This document shows positions 1 through 9,722 of a stretch of 64,000 nucleotides of DNA, one piece after another. The stretch is from Lentisphaeria bacterium (GTDB taxonomy: Bacteria; Verrucomicrobiota; Lentisphaeria; Victivallales; UBA1829). A model generated the notes under the pieces. It worked only from the letters and a program-made list of their open reading frames with translations. It made no database searches and had not been told where the DNA came from. A program made the position numbers and the translations under genes. Location of the stretch: positions 27,735 through 91,734 of the forward strand of contig JAGCNI010000019.1 in the NCBI GenBank assembly GCA_017646015.1, given 5' to 3'. Each line of letters begins with the position of its first letter. Position 1 is the stretch's first letter.

Positions 1-2355
1 CACGATCGCATCCGGACGGCGCATACGGATCTCCAGTTTTCGCAGGGAGTTATAAAGATCGTTATATCCATCAGTCCAGGAGCCGGGGATATTGACCAAG
101 CCTGCGGCAAGACCTTCCCGGATGAATACTTGGCGTGCTTCATCCGGACGGACTTTTGCGTAATGACACCGTCTGCCCGGATGGATCAGAAGTTGTCCTG
201 CCATTACTTTTTCCCGTGCATATACAAATCCACTTTCCGGATCCCATTGAATCAGATCATAGGTTTTTGAACATAAATGCGGAGCACATATTTCCAGCCA
301 TTGCGGTTGCACTACTGCATTTGTCCGGGCGAATACTCTGCTTGTTTCGACCAGCGCAAACGACATGATCCATTGAGGTTGTTTTTTCAATTTCGCCAAC
401 GATGAACCGGGGAACAAAGTAAACTTTTTCCCTTTCATATCAGAATACAAATGAATCTCCGGATCAAAATGTCCCAACTGACGGGGCAGAGCACAGAGCA
501 AGGCTTTATGGATCGCATCGGAAGAGAGACGTTCCAGATTCAATCTGCCGTCACAGTTCCAATGGAATTCTTTACAGATTTCTTTCAAGTCTTCGATCAG
601 GTTGCGCCATTCCCGGAGCCGCTTGTAATTGAAATAATTTTTCTTTGCAAAATTTCTCAATCCCTGATTGGAACTCCGCTGCTGCAATGTTTTTTCAATG
701 GCATCATGAAGCAGCAGGGCAGAAATGAAATCGGAGTCAGCATCCATGAATTGTTTATGAGCTTTATCGGCTGCATCGGCTGATTCAAAAGGTCTTTCCC
801 GTGGATCGGGAATACTCAGATAGGCAGCAATGATGAGCATTTCCGGCAGAACTTTATAGGTTTCTGCGCTGAACAACATTTTTGCCATGTGCGGATCCAG
901 AGGCATTTCAGCCATTTTCCGTCCGGTTTCGGTCAGTCTTCCCTGTTCATCCATCGCATGAAGATCTTCGAGAACCTGTCTGCCTTCACGGATCAGTTGC
1001 GGAGAGGGCGGATCGATCAAGGGGAATTCTTCGATTTTTCCAAGCCGCAGTGCCGCCATACGGAGGAGGACTCCGGCGAGCGAGGAACGCTGGATCTCCG
1101 GAGCGGTGTATTCATCATAATCAGCCAGAGCTTCTTCGGAATAAAGATGAACACAAACGCCGTCCTGCAGACGTCCGCATCTTCCGCGACGCTGTCTTGC
1201 ACTGGCTTGTGAGATCGGTTCGATTTGCAATTCCTGAATTCGTGAACGGGGATTGTAACGGCTCAAACGAACCAGTCCGGAGTCGATCACATAACGGATC
1301 CCGGGAATGGTCAGCGAGGTTTCTGCCACGTTTGTTGCCAGAATAATACGACGTTTGGAGCCTGGATGAAACACTTTCTGTTGATCGCCTGCGGAGAGTC
1401 TTCCGAATAACGGCAGCAATTCTGTGAACGGCAATCTTCTGCCTTCGAGCATTTCCGCACAATCTCTGATCTCCCGTTCGCCCGGCAGAAAAACAAGAAT
1501 GTCGCCCCGGTTATCCAGTGAACTCAGAAAATCGACTCCCCGGGCAACTGTTTCCGGTAACTCCTCTTCTTCCTCCGGCGGGAGAAAACAATCTTCCACA
1601 GGGAACATGCGTCCTTCCACTTCGATGACCGGAGCATTGAAAAAGAATGTTGAGATCCTTTCTGCTTCGAGTGTTGCGGAGGAGATGATGACTTTCAGAT
1701 TTTTCCGGCGTTCCAATAAACGGCGGACATATCCCAGAAGGAAGTCGATATTCAGAGAACGTTCATGTACTTCGTCGAGGATCAGACAATCATATTCCAG
1801 CAATGATGGATCATTGGCAGTTTCCGCCAGCAAAATCCCGTCTGTCATGAATTTGACAACGGTTTTGCGATCCGTGTGGTCATCAAAACGGACTTTATAT
1901 CCGACTTCAGCGCCACATTCACAACCTGTTTCTGTTGCGAATCGGCGTGCCAGTGCAGAGGCTGCGATACGTCGCGGCTGAGTACAACCGATCCTGCCAT
2001 AGCGTCCGAATCCGAGGGAGAGAGCGATCTTCGGCAGTTGTGTTGTTTTTCCGGAACCGGTTGCCCCGCAAACAATTGTGACCGGATGCTGCCGGATCGT
2101 ATCTGCAATTTTATCTTTCTGCGCGGAAACGGGCAGTTCTTCCGGAAATTCAAGTTTCAAAGAGTCGGCAAAACGTTCTCTTGTGTGGGCGGAAAGATTC
2201 ATGACCTGTTTGTGAAACAGTTCCAGTTCATTCCGTTCCATGGAATCAAGAGATTTCAGTTTCCGTCCGATGCGGTAACGATCCGAAATCAATAATTTCC
2301 GGGCTTGCTCCCGGATTTCTTTTTTCAGCTTTTCAGTTGTATTTTCAGTATTCAT
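1..2355 (-). CDS. hrpA: ATP-dependent RNA helicase HrpA (DEAH-box), C-terminus cut by window edge
   Basis: Not in the ORF track because it runs off the left edge. Manual minus-strand translation from ATG 2355-2353 stays open to base 1 (785 codons). Motifs read: GATGSGKTTQLPK (I), LDEVHERS (II), SSATL (III), TNVAETSLTIPGIRYVIDSG (V), QRRGRCGR (VI). Confidence 0.9.
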   Translation of the reverse strand, partial: MNTENTTEKLKKEIREQARKLLISDRYRIGRKLKSLDSMERNELELFHKQVMNLSAHTRERFADSLKLEFPEELPVSAQKDKIADTIRQHPVTIVCGATGSGKTTQLPKIALSLGFGRYGRIGCTQPRRIAASALARRFATETGCECGAEVGYKVRFDDHTDRKTVVKFMTDGILLAETANDPSLLEYDCLILDEVHERSLNIDFLLGYVRRLLERRKNLKVIISSATLEAERISTFFFNAPVIEVEGRMFPVEDCFLPPEEEEELPETVARGVDFLSSLDNRGDILVFLPGEREIRDCAEMLEGRRLPFTELLPLFGRLSAGDQQKVFHPGSKRRIILATNVAETSLTIPGIRYVIDSGLVRLSRYNPRSRIQELQIEPISQASARQRRGRCGRLQDGVCVHLYSEEALADYDEYTAPEIQRSSLAGVLLRMAALRLGKIEEFPLIDPPSPQLIREGRQVLEDLHAMDEQGRLTETGRKMAEMPLDPHMAKMLFSAETYKVLPEMLIIAAYLSIPDPRERPFESADAADKAHKQFMDADSDFISALLLHDAIEKTLQQRSSNQGLRNFAKKNYFNYKRLREWRNLIEDLKEICKEFHWNCDGRLNLERLSSDAIHKALLCALPRQLGHFDPEIHLYSDMKGKKFTLFPGSSLAKLKKQPQWIMSFALVETSRVFARTNAVVQPQWLEICAPHLCSKTYDLIQWDPESGFVYAREKVMAGQLLIHPGRRCHYAKVRPDEARQVFIREGLAAGLVNIPGSWTDGYNDLYNSLRKLEIRMRRPDAIV

Positions 2356-2400
2356 GCGGGTAATATAGCATAAAAAATGAAAAACGCATCCGGAAATGAG

Positions 2401-4401
2401 TTATTTTTTTGAAATTTGCTCAAAAAGTCTTCTTGCCGGGAGACAGTCCGGTTCTTTGAAGAGAATCCGTTCCAACATGGTTCGGGCTTCATTGATTTTT
2501 CCGGACATGGCAAGAGCTGCAGCCAGATTGACTTGCAGGCGGGTATTGCCGGGTTCGATCCTGACAGCCTGTTCAAAAAAGTTCACAGATTCCGCCGGTT
2601 TTCCCATCCGGATCAGAAGAACACCGAGATTATTCAGAGCTTTCCGGTGAGATGGATAAAGTTCCAGAGTCTTCCGCAAATATTTTTCCGCTTCTGCAAA
2701 ACGTTTTGTTCTTGAACAGATTTCCGCATGATTATAGTGAATATCTGCCAGTAATGCAGTATCTTTTGTCCGCACCGCAGCTTCCGCAAGAGATTTTTCC
2801 GCTTCCTGAAAACGTCCTGTTTCCAAAAGAACAGAAGCATAATTCAAATGTGTCTGCGGTTGATATTTCAGCAGAATAACAGCCTCCTTACAATATTTTT
2901 CTGCATTTTTATAATCTTTCAGATCCAGATATGCCTGCGATAAAAGGTTGATACGGCGTTCCGGAAAAAATTCATTTTTCATTGGCTTTTCATACTGTTT
3001 GACCACAATTTCAGGTTGTCCCGCTTTCAGACAGGCTGATGCCAGCAGAGAGCGGGCATATTCCATTTCCGGTGCGGCAGGGATTTGAAAAGCAAAGGAT
3101 GCGATCCCGAAAGAAAGTACAAAACACATCAGTGTCCGGGCTGTCATCCTGGGACCGCCCACATATTGACGGATGGAACAGAGCAGATAGGCAGAAAATA
3201 CTGCAAGCGGTACGATCAGCGGCAGACGGTATCTTCCGGCTGTAAGGAAGAAAATCTGTCCTGCAAATATTGCTGCAAAAAGCAGATATTCCGGTGCAAA
3301 GATTTTTCGTGTATGAGTTGAAAAGATGCCGCGGAAGAGAATCACTGAGCCCAGAAGAAACAACACCATGAACCATCCTTGAAACAGATATTTATGCCAG
3401 AAGATTTCTTTTGCCGCTGTTACATCTGACCATGTCGTATATTCTCTTGCATTGAGTGCCATTGCCGCTTTTTTCAGAAGATTCAATGTATAACGGACAG
3501 GATGATTTTTGATGAAATGGAAAATTTCCTCTTGATAAAAACGATCTTCGCTGATTCCCCGTTTCCGGCTTGTCAGTTCTGCACGTTCCGCTTCTTTATC
3601 CCAACGGAGTCCGGGAGAGAGCACACAGGTTCCATTGGCTGAGTACGAATTGCCCAGCCAGAGATTGAACATGCCGTTTTTCTGAATGAATACAGGGCGT
3701 TTTTCCTGAAGTGAATTATACAGACAGAGGGGTGCAACCAACAGGATCACTCCCAACAGATATGTGGAAGCCCGTTTGAATTTCTGAACTTTCCAGTCTT
3801 TTTTCCGGAAAAAGGAGTAGAGCAGGGCACAGGGAACAAAGAAGATACAGCCTGGATGAGTCAGTAACGCTGCCCCCGTGCATAATCCGGCAAAGAAATC
3901 CGCTGCTTTGCGGTGAAGGAAATAACACCACAATGCCCAGAGAAGAAATACAAGCATCAGATTTTCACTGAAAAAATCCGTTTGATATACGATCAGTGTC
4001 GGATAGAGACTCAGGATCAGACAACTCAGAAACGGGATTTTATTTTTCGGAGAACTGATCCCTGCAAACCGTTTCTGCAAAGTCAGAAAGAGCGGGAGCA
4101 GCATCAAAACCAACAGCAGAGAACTCTGCAGTAGTCTGACCATGAATAGATCCCCCCGTGTCAACGTGATCAGTCCCGCCAGAAAATAGGGATACAACGG
4201 TGCATGGATCCCGAATTCCGGCAGCAACGAAACATTACAGAGATGCATTGCCGCATTGAAATATTCCGATACATCCGGTCCCACGACATGTTCCATGACC
4301 GGCAATGCCGCAAAGGTGGAAAGATATACCGCTCTTGCGATGACCCCGGCAATGACCGGGATCAGAAATAATAAAAGGTTCTTGTTTTGTAAATTTTTCA
4401 T
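2401..4401 (-). CDS. Polytopic GT-C-like (ArnT/PMT-type) membrane protein with C-terminal TPR domain
   Basis: ORF 2401..4410. I prefer the ATG at 4401 (MKNLQNKN...), which forms an ATGA overlap with the PP2C stop. About 440 aa of repeated hydrophobic helices are followed by ~220 aa of TPR-like repeats (e.g. RFAEAEKYLRKTLELYPSHRKALNNLGVLLIRMGKPAESVNFFEQAVRIEPGN). Family assigned from architecture only. Confidence 0.55.
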   Translation of the reverse strand: MKNLQNKNLLLFLIPVIAGVIARAVYLSTFAALPVMEHVVGPDVSEYFNAAMHLCNVSLLPEFGIHAPLYPYFLAGLITLTRGDLFMVRLLQSSLLLVLMLLPLFLTLQKRFAGISSPKNKIPFLSCLILSLYPTLIVYQTDFFSENLMLVFLLWALWCYFLHRKAADFFAGLCTGAALLTHPGCIFFVPCALLYSFFRKKDWKVQKFKRASTYLLGVILLVAPLCLYNSLQEKRPVFIQKNGMFNLWLGNSYSANGTCVLSPGLRWDKEAERAELTSRKRGISEDRFYQEEIFHFIKNHPVRYTLNLLKKAAMALNAREYTTWSDVTAAKEIFWHKYLFQGWFMVLFLLGSVILFRGIFSTHTRKIFAPEYLLFAAIFAGQIFFLTAGRYRLPLIVPLAVFSAYLLCSIRQYVGGPRMTARTLMCFVLSFGIASFAFQIPAAPEMEYARSLLASACLKAGQPEIVVKQYEKPMKNEFFPERRINLLSQAYLDLKDYKNAEKYCKEAVILLKYQPQTHLNYASVLLETGRFQEAEKSLAEAAVRTKDTALLADIHYNHAEICSRTKRFAEAEKYLRKTLELYPSHRKALNNLGVLLIRMGKPAESVNFFEQAVRIEPGNTRLQVNLAAALAMSGKINEARTMLERILFKEPDCLPARRLFEQISKK

Positions 4402-5177
4402 ATCACCCACACATTCAATATGGTTACATTATCTCTTGCACCCCTCAGATACGTTATTTCCAGAAGATCATCCAGTGTTTCGACCGGATCGGTATTTTCT
4501 GTAATGATCTGACAGAGTTCCTGATCGTTGACATGTAATGTAAGTCCATCGGTACAGAACAGAAAACGGTCGCCGGATCGCAAGGGATGAATTGAAATTT
4601 CCGGATGCAGTTTTTTCAGCGGCCCGACTGCCTGTGTCAGCAGACGTCCTTCCGGATGACTCAGGGCGATTTCCTCCGGGACTTTTTCATTCCGGATCAT
4701 ATCATTTGCCACATTATGATCAATGGTCAACTGTTCATTCCTGCCCTGGCGGACACGATACACCCGGCTGTCTCCGGCATGGATGATGATAACAGATTTT
4801 TCTGTAAAGACCGCTGCTGCAAGAGTTGTTCCCATGATTTCTTTCCGGGGAGCGAGCAGGCTGAGTTGATGGATTTTATCACTGATTTCAGAAAGGTTTT
4901 TTTTCAGGAATTTTGCGATGGCTCTATTGATAAAGAAATTCGGGATTTGAAATTTCCGCCATTCCCGGAGGAGTATTTTACATGTCAGCGTGCTGGCAAT
5001 ATCGCCATTATGCCCGCCGCCGATCCCATCGGCAACAGCGGTCAGTAAATATTTACCATCCTGATCTGCCGCATAAACAAATGTATCTTCATTGCGTTTT
5101 CTGATCAGTCCCGGCAAAGAATCTCCGGAGATCAGAAACCGTTTGAAAACGGGAATTTCCTCTTTTTTCAACTGCAT
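4398..5177 (-). CDS. PP2C-family Ser/Thr protein phosphatase
   Basis: 259-aa ORF with PP2C motifs RKRNEDTF, AVADGIGGGHNGDIAS, IIHAGDSRVY, LFCTDGL, GARDNVT. Confidence 0.85.
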   Translation of the reverse strand: MQLKKEEIPVFKRFLISGDSLPGLIRKRNEDTFVYAADQDGKYLLTAVADGIGGGHNGDIASTLTCKILLREWRKFQIPNFFINRAIAKFLKKNLSEISDKIHQLSLLAPRKEIMGTTLAAAVFTEKSVIIIHAGDSRVYRVRQGRNEQLTIDHNVANDMIRNEKVPEEIALSHPEGRLLTQAVGPLKKLHPEISIHPLRSGDRFLFCTDGLTLHVNDQELCQIITENTDPVETLDDLLEITYLRGARDNVTILNVWVI

Positions 5178-5314
5178 AAAGTTTCAACTCACTCATTACT
5201 TTCTGCTTTCGACCTGCACTCGTAAAAGTACAAACATCCGGGGCATATTGTAGCACATTTCGCCGAGTTTGCAAGTGATCGGCTTTTTTTAGTTGAATAT
5301 TTTCAGGAAAATAC

Positions 5315-5343
5315 TTGCTTTTTATATAATAAAGAAGTATAGT
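5315..5343 (+). promoter_or_regulatory. Candidate sigma-70-type promoter (TTGCTT-N17-TATAGT)
   Basis: TTGCTT at 5315-5320, 17-nt AT-rich spacer, TATAGT at 5338-5343, 16 nt before the ATG at 5360. The same hexamer pair occurs at 18105-18132. Confidence 0.35.
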
Positions 5344-5359
5344 CCATCAAAAAAATATT

Positions 5360-6157
5360 ATGGAGATCATGCAGATGTTTTTTACGAAAAAGATTTTATC
5401 TCTTCTGATCCTGCTTGCCGGGATCACTTTGTCCGCTGCAGAGGGAACTTTCAATGAATTGCCGGTGAAGGTCGTTTTATTCCCGATCCGGGAAGCGACT
5501 CTTTCCACTCCGATTGACGGGATCATCAGTAAATACAACTTCCGCGGAGGGGAACGTTTCCGGAAAAATGATGTGCTTCTGACTCTGGATGACCGCAAGT
5601 TCAAAAATGAATTGCGCCGTACTGAATCCCTTGTCAAAGAGGCTGAAATGAATGTGGCTTTTACCAAACAGCGTCTGGAGGATAATGAAAGACTTTTGAA
5701 GAATGATCTTCAGAGTGAAATCGAAGTACTCCGCTCCCGTTTTGACTGGAATGTTGCGATCGAACGTCTGGAAACAGCCCGGATCAATCGGGATGGTGCT
5801 GCTTTGAATCTGTTGTTCTGTACCTTGCGTGCTCCGTTCAGCGGAACGATTGAAAAATTGCTGATCCGTGAATTTGAAATGGTGCGCGCCGGACAGCCGG
5901 TGCTGGCGATCATTGATGATACCGAATTACTGGCAGTGATGAATCTGCCGTCCTCCAAATTGTCTGCGGTGAAAAACGGTTTGCCTGTGACAGTGAAGAT
6001 CACGGAAAACAACCGGACAGTGCGCGGTACGATTTATGAAATTGCCTCCCGTGCGGATCATCGCAGCGAAACATTTGAGATCAAAGTGAAGATCAACAAC
6101 AGTAAACGTCTTTTCAAAGCCGGTATGTCCGGGGTCCTTATCAAACTCGGAGAATAA
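5360..6157 (+). CDS. HlyD/membrane-fusion-protein family periplasmic adaptor (short form)
   Basis: 265 aa. N-terminal signal/anchor (ILSLLILLAGITLSAAEG), lipoyl-like hairpin halves (STPIDGIISKYNFRGGERFRKNDVLLTLDD ... LRAPFSGTIEKLLIREFEMVRAGQPVLAIID), a coiled-coil insert and a beta-barrel segment (GLPVTVKI...TVRGTIYEI). Confidence 0.75.
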   Translation: MEIMQMFFTKKILSLLILLAGITLSAAEGTFNELPVKVVLFPIREATLSTPIDGIISKYNFRGGERFRKNDVLLTLDDRKFKNELRRTESLVKEAEMNVAFTKQRLEDNERLLKNDLQSEIEVLRSRFDWNVAIERLETARINRDGAALNLLFCTLRAPFSGTIEKLLIREFEMVRAGQPVLAIIDDTELLAVMNLPSSKLSAVKNGLPVTVKITENNRTVRGTIYEIASRADHRSETFEIKVKINNSKRLFKAGMSGVLIKLGE

Positions 6158-6160
6158 ACA

Positions 6161-7558
6161 ATGGCTGATAATCTGCAACAGGAAAATAATGCACTGAAAG
6201 CCCGTTTGAGTGCATTTGCCGGGATTCTCCGGTTGGGGCGTGACGCTTTTGAACAGGCTGATCTGACAGCTGTGGCGGTTCATATTGTAAACAATTCCAA
6301 ATCACTGCTTGCTTTTGACCGTTCTTCTCTTGTGGATATGAGGGGGCGGGCAAGAGTCATTGCCGAGTTTGCCCAGACGGATGTCAATCCGAATACAGAA
6401 CATGCTCAGGCGATCCGTGATTTGTGCAGTGAATTGACACCGGGAGATTCACCGTTGGAGATCGTTCCGGAAAATCCGCCGAAGGAAAATTTATCTGCCA
6501 AAGCCCGTACCGCATGGGAATTTCTGACAGCTGACGGGGTTCGTCTGTTGGTTGCACCTTTGCGTTCAGCCCGTTGGGAAGTGTCGCGTACAGAACCTTT
6601 CCTGTGGGTTTTGGAATACCGGAATCCTGTTCCGGCTCATGTCAGTGCCACACTTGCCCTGCTTGCTTCGGATTTCGGCAATGCGTTGTGGCAGCACACT
6701 CCGCAGAATGGGATCAAAGCGGCATTCCGCTGGTTCCGTAAAATTACAGTGATGCGTGTTTTTCTTGTGCTTCTGCTTTTGTTCCTGATTGCCATGTTCA
6801 CACTGAAAGTCGATCATACTGTTTCTGCTGAATTTGTAGTCAAACCGCAGGAACAGGTCAGTGCTTATGCTGAATTTGATGCTGTTGTGAAACAGTGTTA
6901 TTTCAATGATGGCGACAAGGTCAAAAAAGGTGATGTGATTCTCCGTTATGATACGGATCGTATGCGTTTTCAGCTCGCAGCTGCCCGTGCTGCATTCAAG
7001 GAAACGGATGCAGAATATGAACAGGAATCCAAAGCTTCTTTCACCGACCGGGATAAACTCGGCAAGCTCAAAGTTCTTGCTCATAAGCGGGAACAGGCAA
7101 AAGTTGCGATCGCCGAAGCAGAATGGTATCTGGCTCACAGCGAAGTCAAAGCTCTGTCCAACGGGGTGCTTGCGCTGGTCGATGGCAGTGCAGATAAACT
7201 TTCCGGAAGAGCATTGCGTACCGGGGAAAGATTGTTTGATATTTTTTCCGGAGAGGGCATGATCGCTGAAGTTATGGTCAATGAAAAAGATGCCTCAGTC
7301 CTGGAAAAAACTCCGCAGATCACTCTCTTTTTGCATACCCGTCCGGAACTGCCGATCCCGGTCAAATTGATTTCTGAACGTTATTATCCGGAGTTGACAG
7401 AACAGAATATTTACAGTTACAACTTGAAAGTTGCGATGGATAACACGATTCCCGGATTGCGTTATGGAATGCGTGGGGTCGCCCGGGTTTCTGGAGAACG
7501 GATCAATCTGGGATATTATCTGTTCCGGAGTCTGGTCCTCTGGTATCGCGGATTGTGA
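6161..7558 (+). CDS. HlyD-family adaptor with N-terminal cytoplasmic GAF-like domain
   Basis: 465 aa. First ~190 aa are soluble and GAF-like by pattern (LTAVAVHIVNNSKSLLAFDRSSLVDMRGRARVIAEF...). One TM follows (VMRVFLVLLLLFLIAMFTL), then an HlyD-like region (KKGDVILRYDTDRMRFQLAAARAAFKE..., SNGVLALVDG). The start is 3 nt after the previous stop. Confidence 0.6.
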   Translation: MADNLQQENNALKARLSAFAGILRLGRDAFEQADLTAVAVHIVNNSKSLLAFDRSSLVDMRGRARVIAEFAQTDVNPNTEHAQAIRDLCSELTPGDSPLEIVPENPPKENLSAKARTAWEFLTADGVRLLVAPLRSARWEVSRTEPFLWVLEYRNPVPAHVSATLALLASDFGNALWQHTPQNGIKAAFRWFRKITVMRVFLVLLLLFLIAMFTLKVDHTVSAEFVVKPQEQVSAYAEFDAVVKQCYFNDGDKVKKGDVILRYDTDRMRFQLAAARAAFKETDAEYEQESKASFTDRDKLGKLKVLAHKREQAKVAIAEAEWYLAHSEVKALSNGVLALVDGSADKLSGRALRTGERLFDIFSGEGMIAEVMVNEKDASVLEKTPQITLFLHTRPELPIPVKLISERYYPELTEQNIYSYNLKVAMDNTIPGLRYGMRGVARVSGERINLGYYLFRSLVLWYRGL

Positions 7559-7564
7559 TCAAAT

Positions 7565-9712
7565 ATGGAACGGGTCGATCCAACAACAGCGGCAGTTTCA
7601 TCAGCTGCCACTCAAGAAAAGCCCGCAGGGATATCGATACAAATGACTGGTTCTCTGCGTTCGGATATTCAATTCATTCCTCCGGGCGAGCATGGTTCTC
7701 AACCGATGATTTTTGATCCTCTGGCTGAAAATTATTTCAAACTGAGTGAAGAGTCCTGCAAGATTTTGCGTCTCCTGGATCAGAGTTATCAGCTGCCGGA
7801 TTTTATGCAGCGTTTGAAACAGAATGGTATGGATGCCGATCCGCAGGAGGTGTTGGAACTTTTATCTTTCATGCATCAGAATCAGTTGATGGTTCCTGAA
7901 TATGGCGGAATGAACAGCCGTTTGGAAAAAATGCGCAAGATGAAAGAGAAAACACGTTTCACCCGCTTTATTTCGATGTATATGTTTTTCCGTTTGCCGC
8001 CGATTCATCCGGATGGTTTTTTCTCTGTCGCAATGCCGTTTGTGCGTTTTATTTTCAACCGTTGGACCGTATGGTTTCTGGTTTTTCTTGCCGCGTGCGG
8101 TTATATTCTGATGCTCCGGCAGTGGACAGAAGCGTATGCAACGTTTGTGAACTCTCTTTCCTGGGCGAATCTGGTCAATTATTTCTGGGCATTGCTGATT
8201 ACAAAAAGTGTGCATGAACTTTCTCATGGTTTCACGGCTAAAAGTTTCGGCGCAAGGATCCGTTCCATGGGAATCAGTTTCATCGTATTTTATCCCCGTC
8301 TGTTTGTGGATTTGACCGATACCTGGCGTTTATCCCGTTGGAAACGGACTCTTTGTGACGGCGCAGGGATCATCAGTGAGTTGATTTTCGGGGGAATTGC
8401 GGCAATCATCTGGGCATACGCACAACCGGGACCGATGCGTTCCACAATGTTTTATCTGATGACTGTCAGTGCGCTGGGTACGATCCTTGTCAATGGAAAT
8501 CCATTCATCCGGTATGACGGTTATTATCTGCTGTGTGATATGCTGAACATTGAAAACCTGATGCAGCGTTCCAATGAATTCCTGAAAGCCTGCAACCGCC
8601 GTTTTTTTCTGGGGTTGGGGCGTGTCCCGGACAGCGGAGATGTTTCCCCTCTGACTCTCTATTTTTTCGGACTCGGTTCTTTCATATACAAATTATTTCT
8701 TTATACGTCGATCATCTTGATCATTTATTTTCAGTTTACCAAAGCTGTTGCTATTTTTCTGATGGTACTGGAAGCCTATACAATGCTGATAATGCCGTTT
8801 ATCATGGAGGTTAAAATCGTGCTTATGAATCACAAAAAACTGAATGGAATGAAAAGTCTGGCAACCGGAATTCTGGTTTTGGCATTACTTTCTCTCCTGT
8901 TTATTCCGCTGCCCTGGTCCTTTGCTCTCCCGTGCGAGATCGTCCCGGAAAACAGCCGCCTCATTATCGTGAAAGAAGCTGCATTTGCCGCAGAGGATCT
9001 GAGCGAAGAGCCGCGCAGAATCAAAAAAGGTGATACCATTCTCAAGTTTGAAAATGTATTTCTGGACTTCAATATCCTGCGTTATGCGGCGATCCTCAAA
9101 ACCAATCAGGCTGAACTGGAACTTGCCCGTTCGGATAACCGGACATTGGCATTGAGTCCTGTCTATTTTGAAAAGCTGCGTGTCAACCGTATCTCTCACA
9201 GCGAAATGATACGCCGTCGCGGAAATATGGATCTGAAAGCTGATGCAGATGGGATTTTTGTCCCCGCCGTAAAAGAGGTGTACCGTGGACGCTGGCTTGA
9301 AAAAGGGACTGTTCTCGGCAGAATCTCGTCGGAAGAGAATACGGTTTATGCCTATGCGCTGGATCGGGAGGTCAACCGGATCCAGATCGGGGACAGTGTG
9401 CAGTTGGTTCTGCGGGGAGAGTTGACGAAAACACGGGGACGTGTGACTGCTGTCAATCCGGTGGCTGTGACATTGCGTGATTCCGCTCTGGTTCAACATC
9501 TCGGCGGAACTGTTCCCTGTTATCCTGTGAAAGAAAGACCCGATGAATTTTCTCCTGTCAATGTATTATATTGTGTGACAGTAACACCGGAAAAGCCGCT
9601 TTCCAAACGGGTTGGCAGAACCGGGATCGCATACGTGAAACAGAGTTATATTCTGGCTGTTGAGCTGGGGAGACAACTCTTGCATATTTTCTTCCGCGAA
9701 TTTTCTTTCTGA
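7565..9712 (+). CDS. Site-2-protease (M50)-like membrane metalloprotease fused to an N-terminal PqqD-like domain and C-terminal HlyD-like domain
   Basis: 715 aa. HELSH (HExxH) lies in a hydrophobic segment and NPFIRYDGYY is the second M50 signature. The N-terminal ~90 soluble aa look PqqD/RRE-like (PMIFDPLAENYFKLSEESCKILRLLDQSYQLPDFMQRL). There are multiple TM helices and a C-terminal barrel/lipoyl-like region (IKKGDTILKFEN..., IQIGDSVQLVLRGELTKTRGRVTAVNP). Confidence 0.7.
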   Translation: MERVDPTTAAVSSAATQEKPAGISIQMTGSLRSDIQFIPPGEHGSQPMIFDPLAENYFKLSEESCKILRLLDQSYQLPDFMQRLKQNGMDADPQEVLELLSFMHQNQLMVPEYGGMNSRLEKMRKMKEKTRFTRFISMYMFFRLPPIHPDGFFSVAMPFVRFIFNRWTVWFLVFLAACGYILMLRQWTEAYATFVNSLSWANLVNYFWALLITKSVHELSHGFTAKSFGARIRSMGISFIVFYPRLFVDLTDTWRLSRWKRTLCDGAGIISELIFGGIAAIIWAYAQPGPMRSTMFYLMTVSALGTILVNGNPFIRYDGYYLLCDMLNIENLMQRSNEFLKACNRRFFLGLGRVPDSGDVSPLTLYFFGLGSFIYKLFLYTSIILIIYFQFTKAVAIFLMVLEAYTMLIMPFIMEVKIVLMNHKKLNGMKSLATGILVLALLSLLFIPLPWSFALPCEIVPENSRLIIVKEAAFAAEDLSEEPRRIKKGDTILKFENVFLDFNILRYAAILKTNQAELELARSDNRTLALSPVYFEKLRVNRISHSEMIRRRGNMDLKADADGIFVPAVKEVYRGRWLEKGTVLGRISSEENTVYAYALDREVNRIQIGDSVQLVLRGELTKTRGRVTAVNPVAVTLRDSALVQHLGGTVPCYPVKERPDEFSPVNVLYCVTVTPEKPLSKRVGRTGIAYVKQSYILAVELGRQLLHIFFREFSF

Positions 9713-9722
9713 GGAGTTTGAG

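Noticed and set aside
5230-5290. Hairpin GCCGA...TCGGC followed by T7 on the plus strand in the PP2C/HlyD divergent region.
   Set aside because: The stem is only 5 bp, and there is no upstream plus-strand gene to terminate. It most likely reflects incidental AT-rich promoter-region sequence.
5306-5318. Possible sigma-54 -24/-12 element (GGAAAATACTTGC) upstream of the HlyD/M50 cassette.
   Set aside because: Only 9 nt separate GG and GC instead of the required 10, and the flanking TGGCA bases are absent. It is better explained as the TTGCTT -35-like box.
9660-9722. ORF-track N-terminal extensions that overlap upstream genes: 9660 for the DUF2293 gene, 33475 for the TIM-barrel gene, 61640 for eno, 57490 for the FNT gene, 58994 for the GDPD gene, 59018 for UPF0489, 14432 for the PilT fusion, 30113 for the hydro-lyase beta subunit, 29161 for LysR and 18030 for the lipoprotein.
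   Set aside because: In each case an internal ATG is preceded by a purine-rich RBS, matches the conserved family N-terminus, and removes the overlap. The longest-ORF starts are therefore unlikely.
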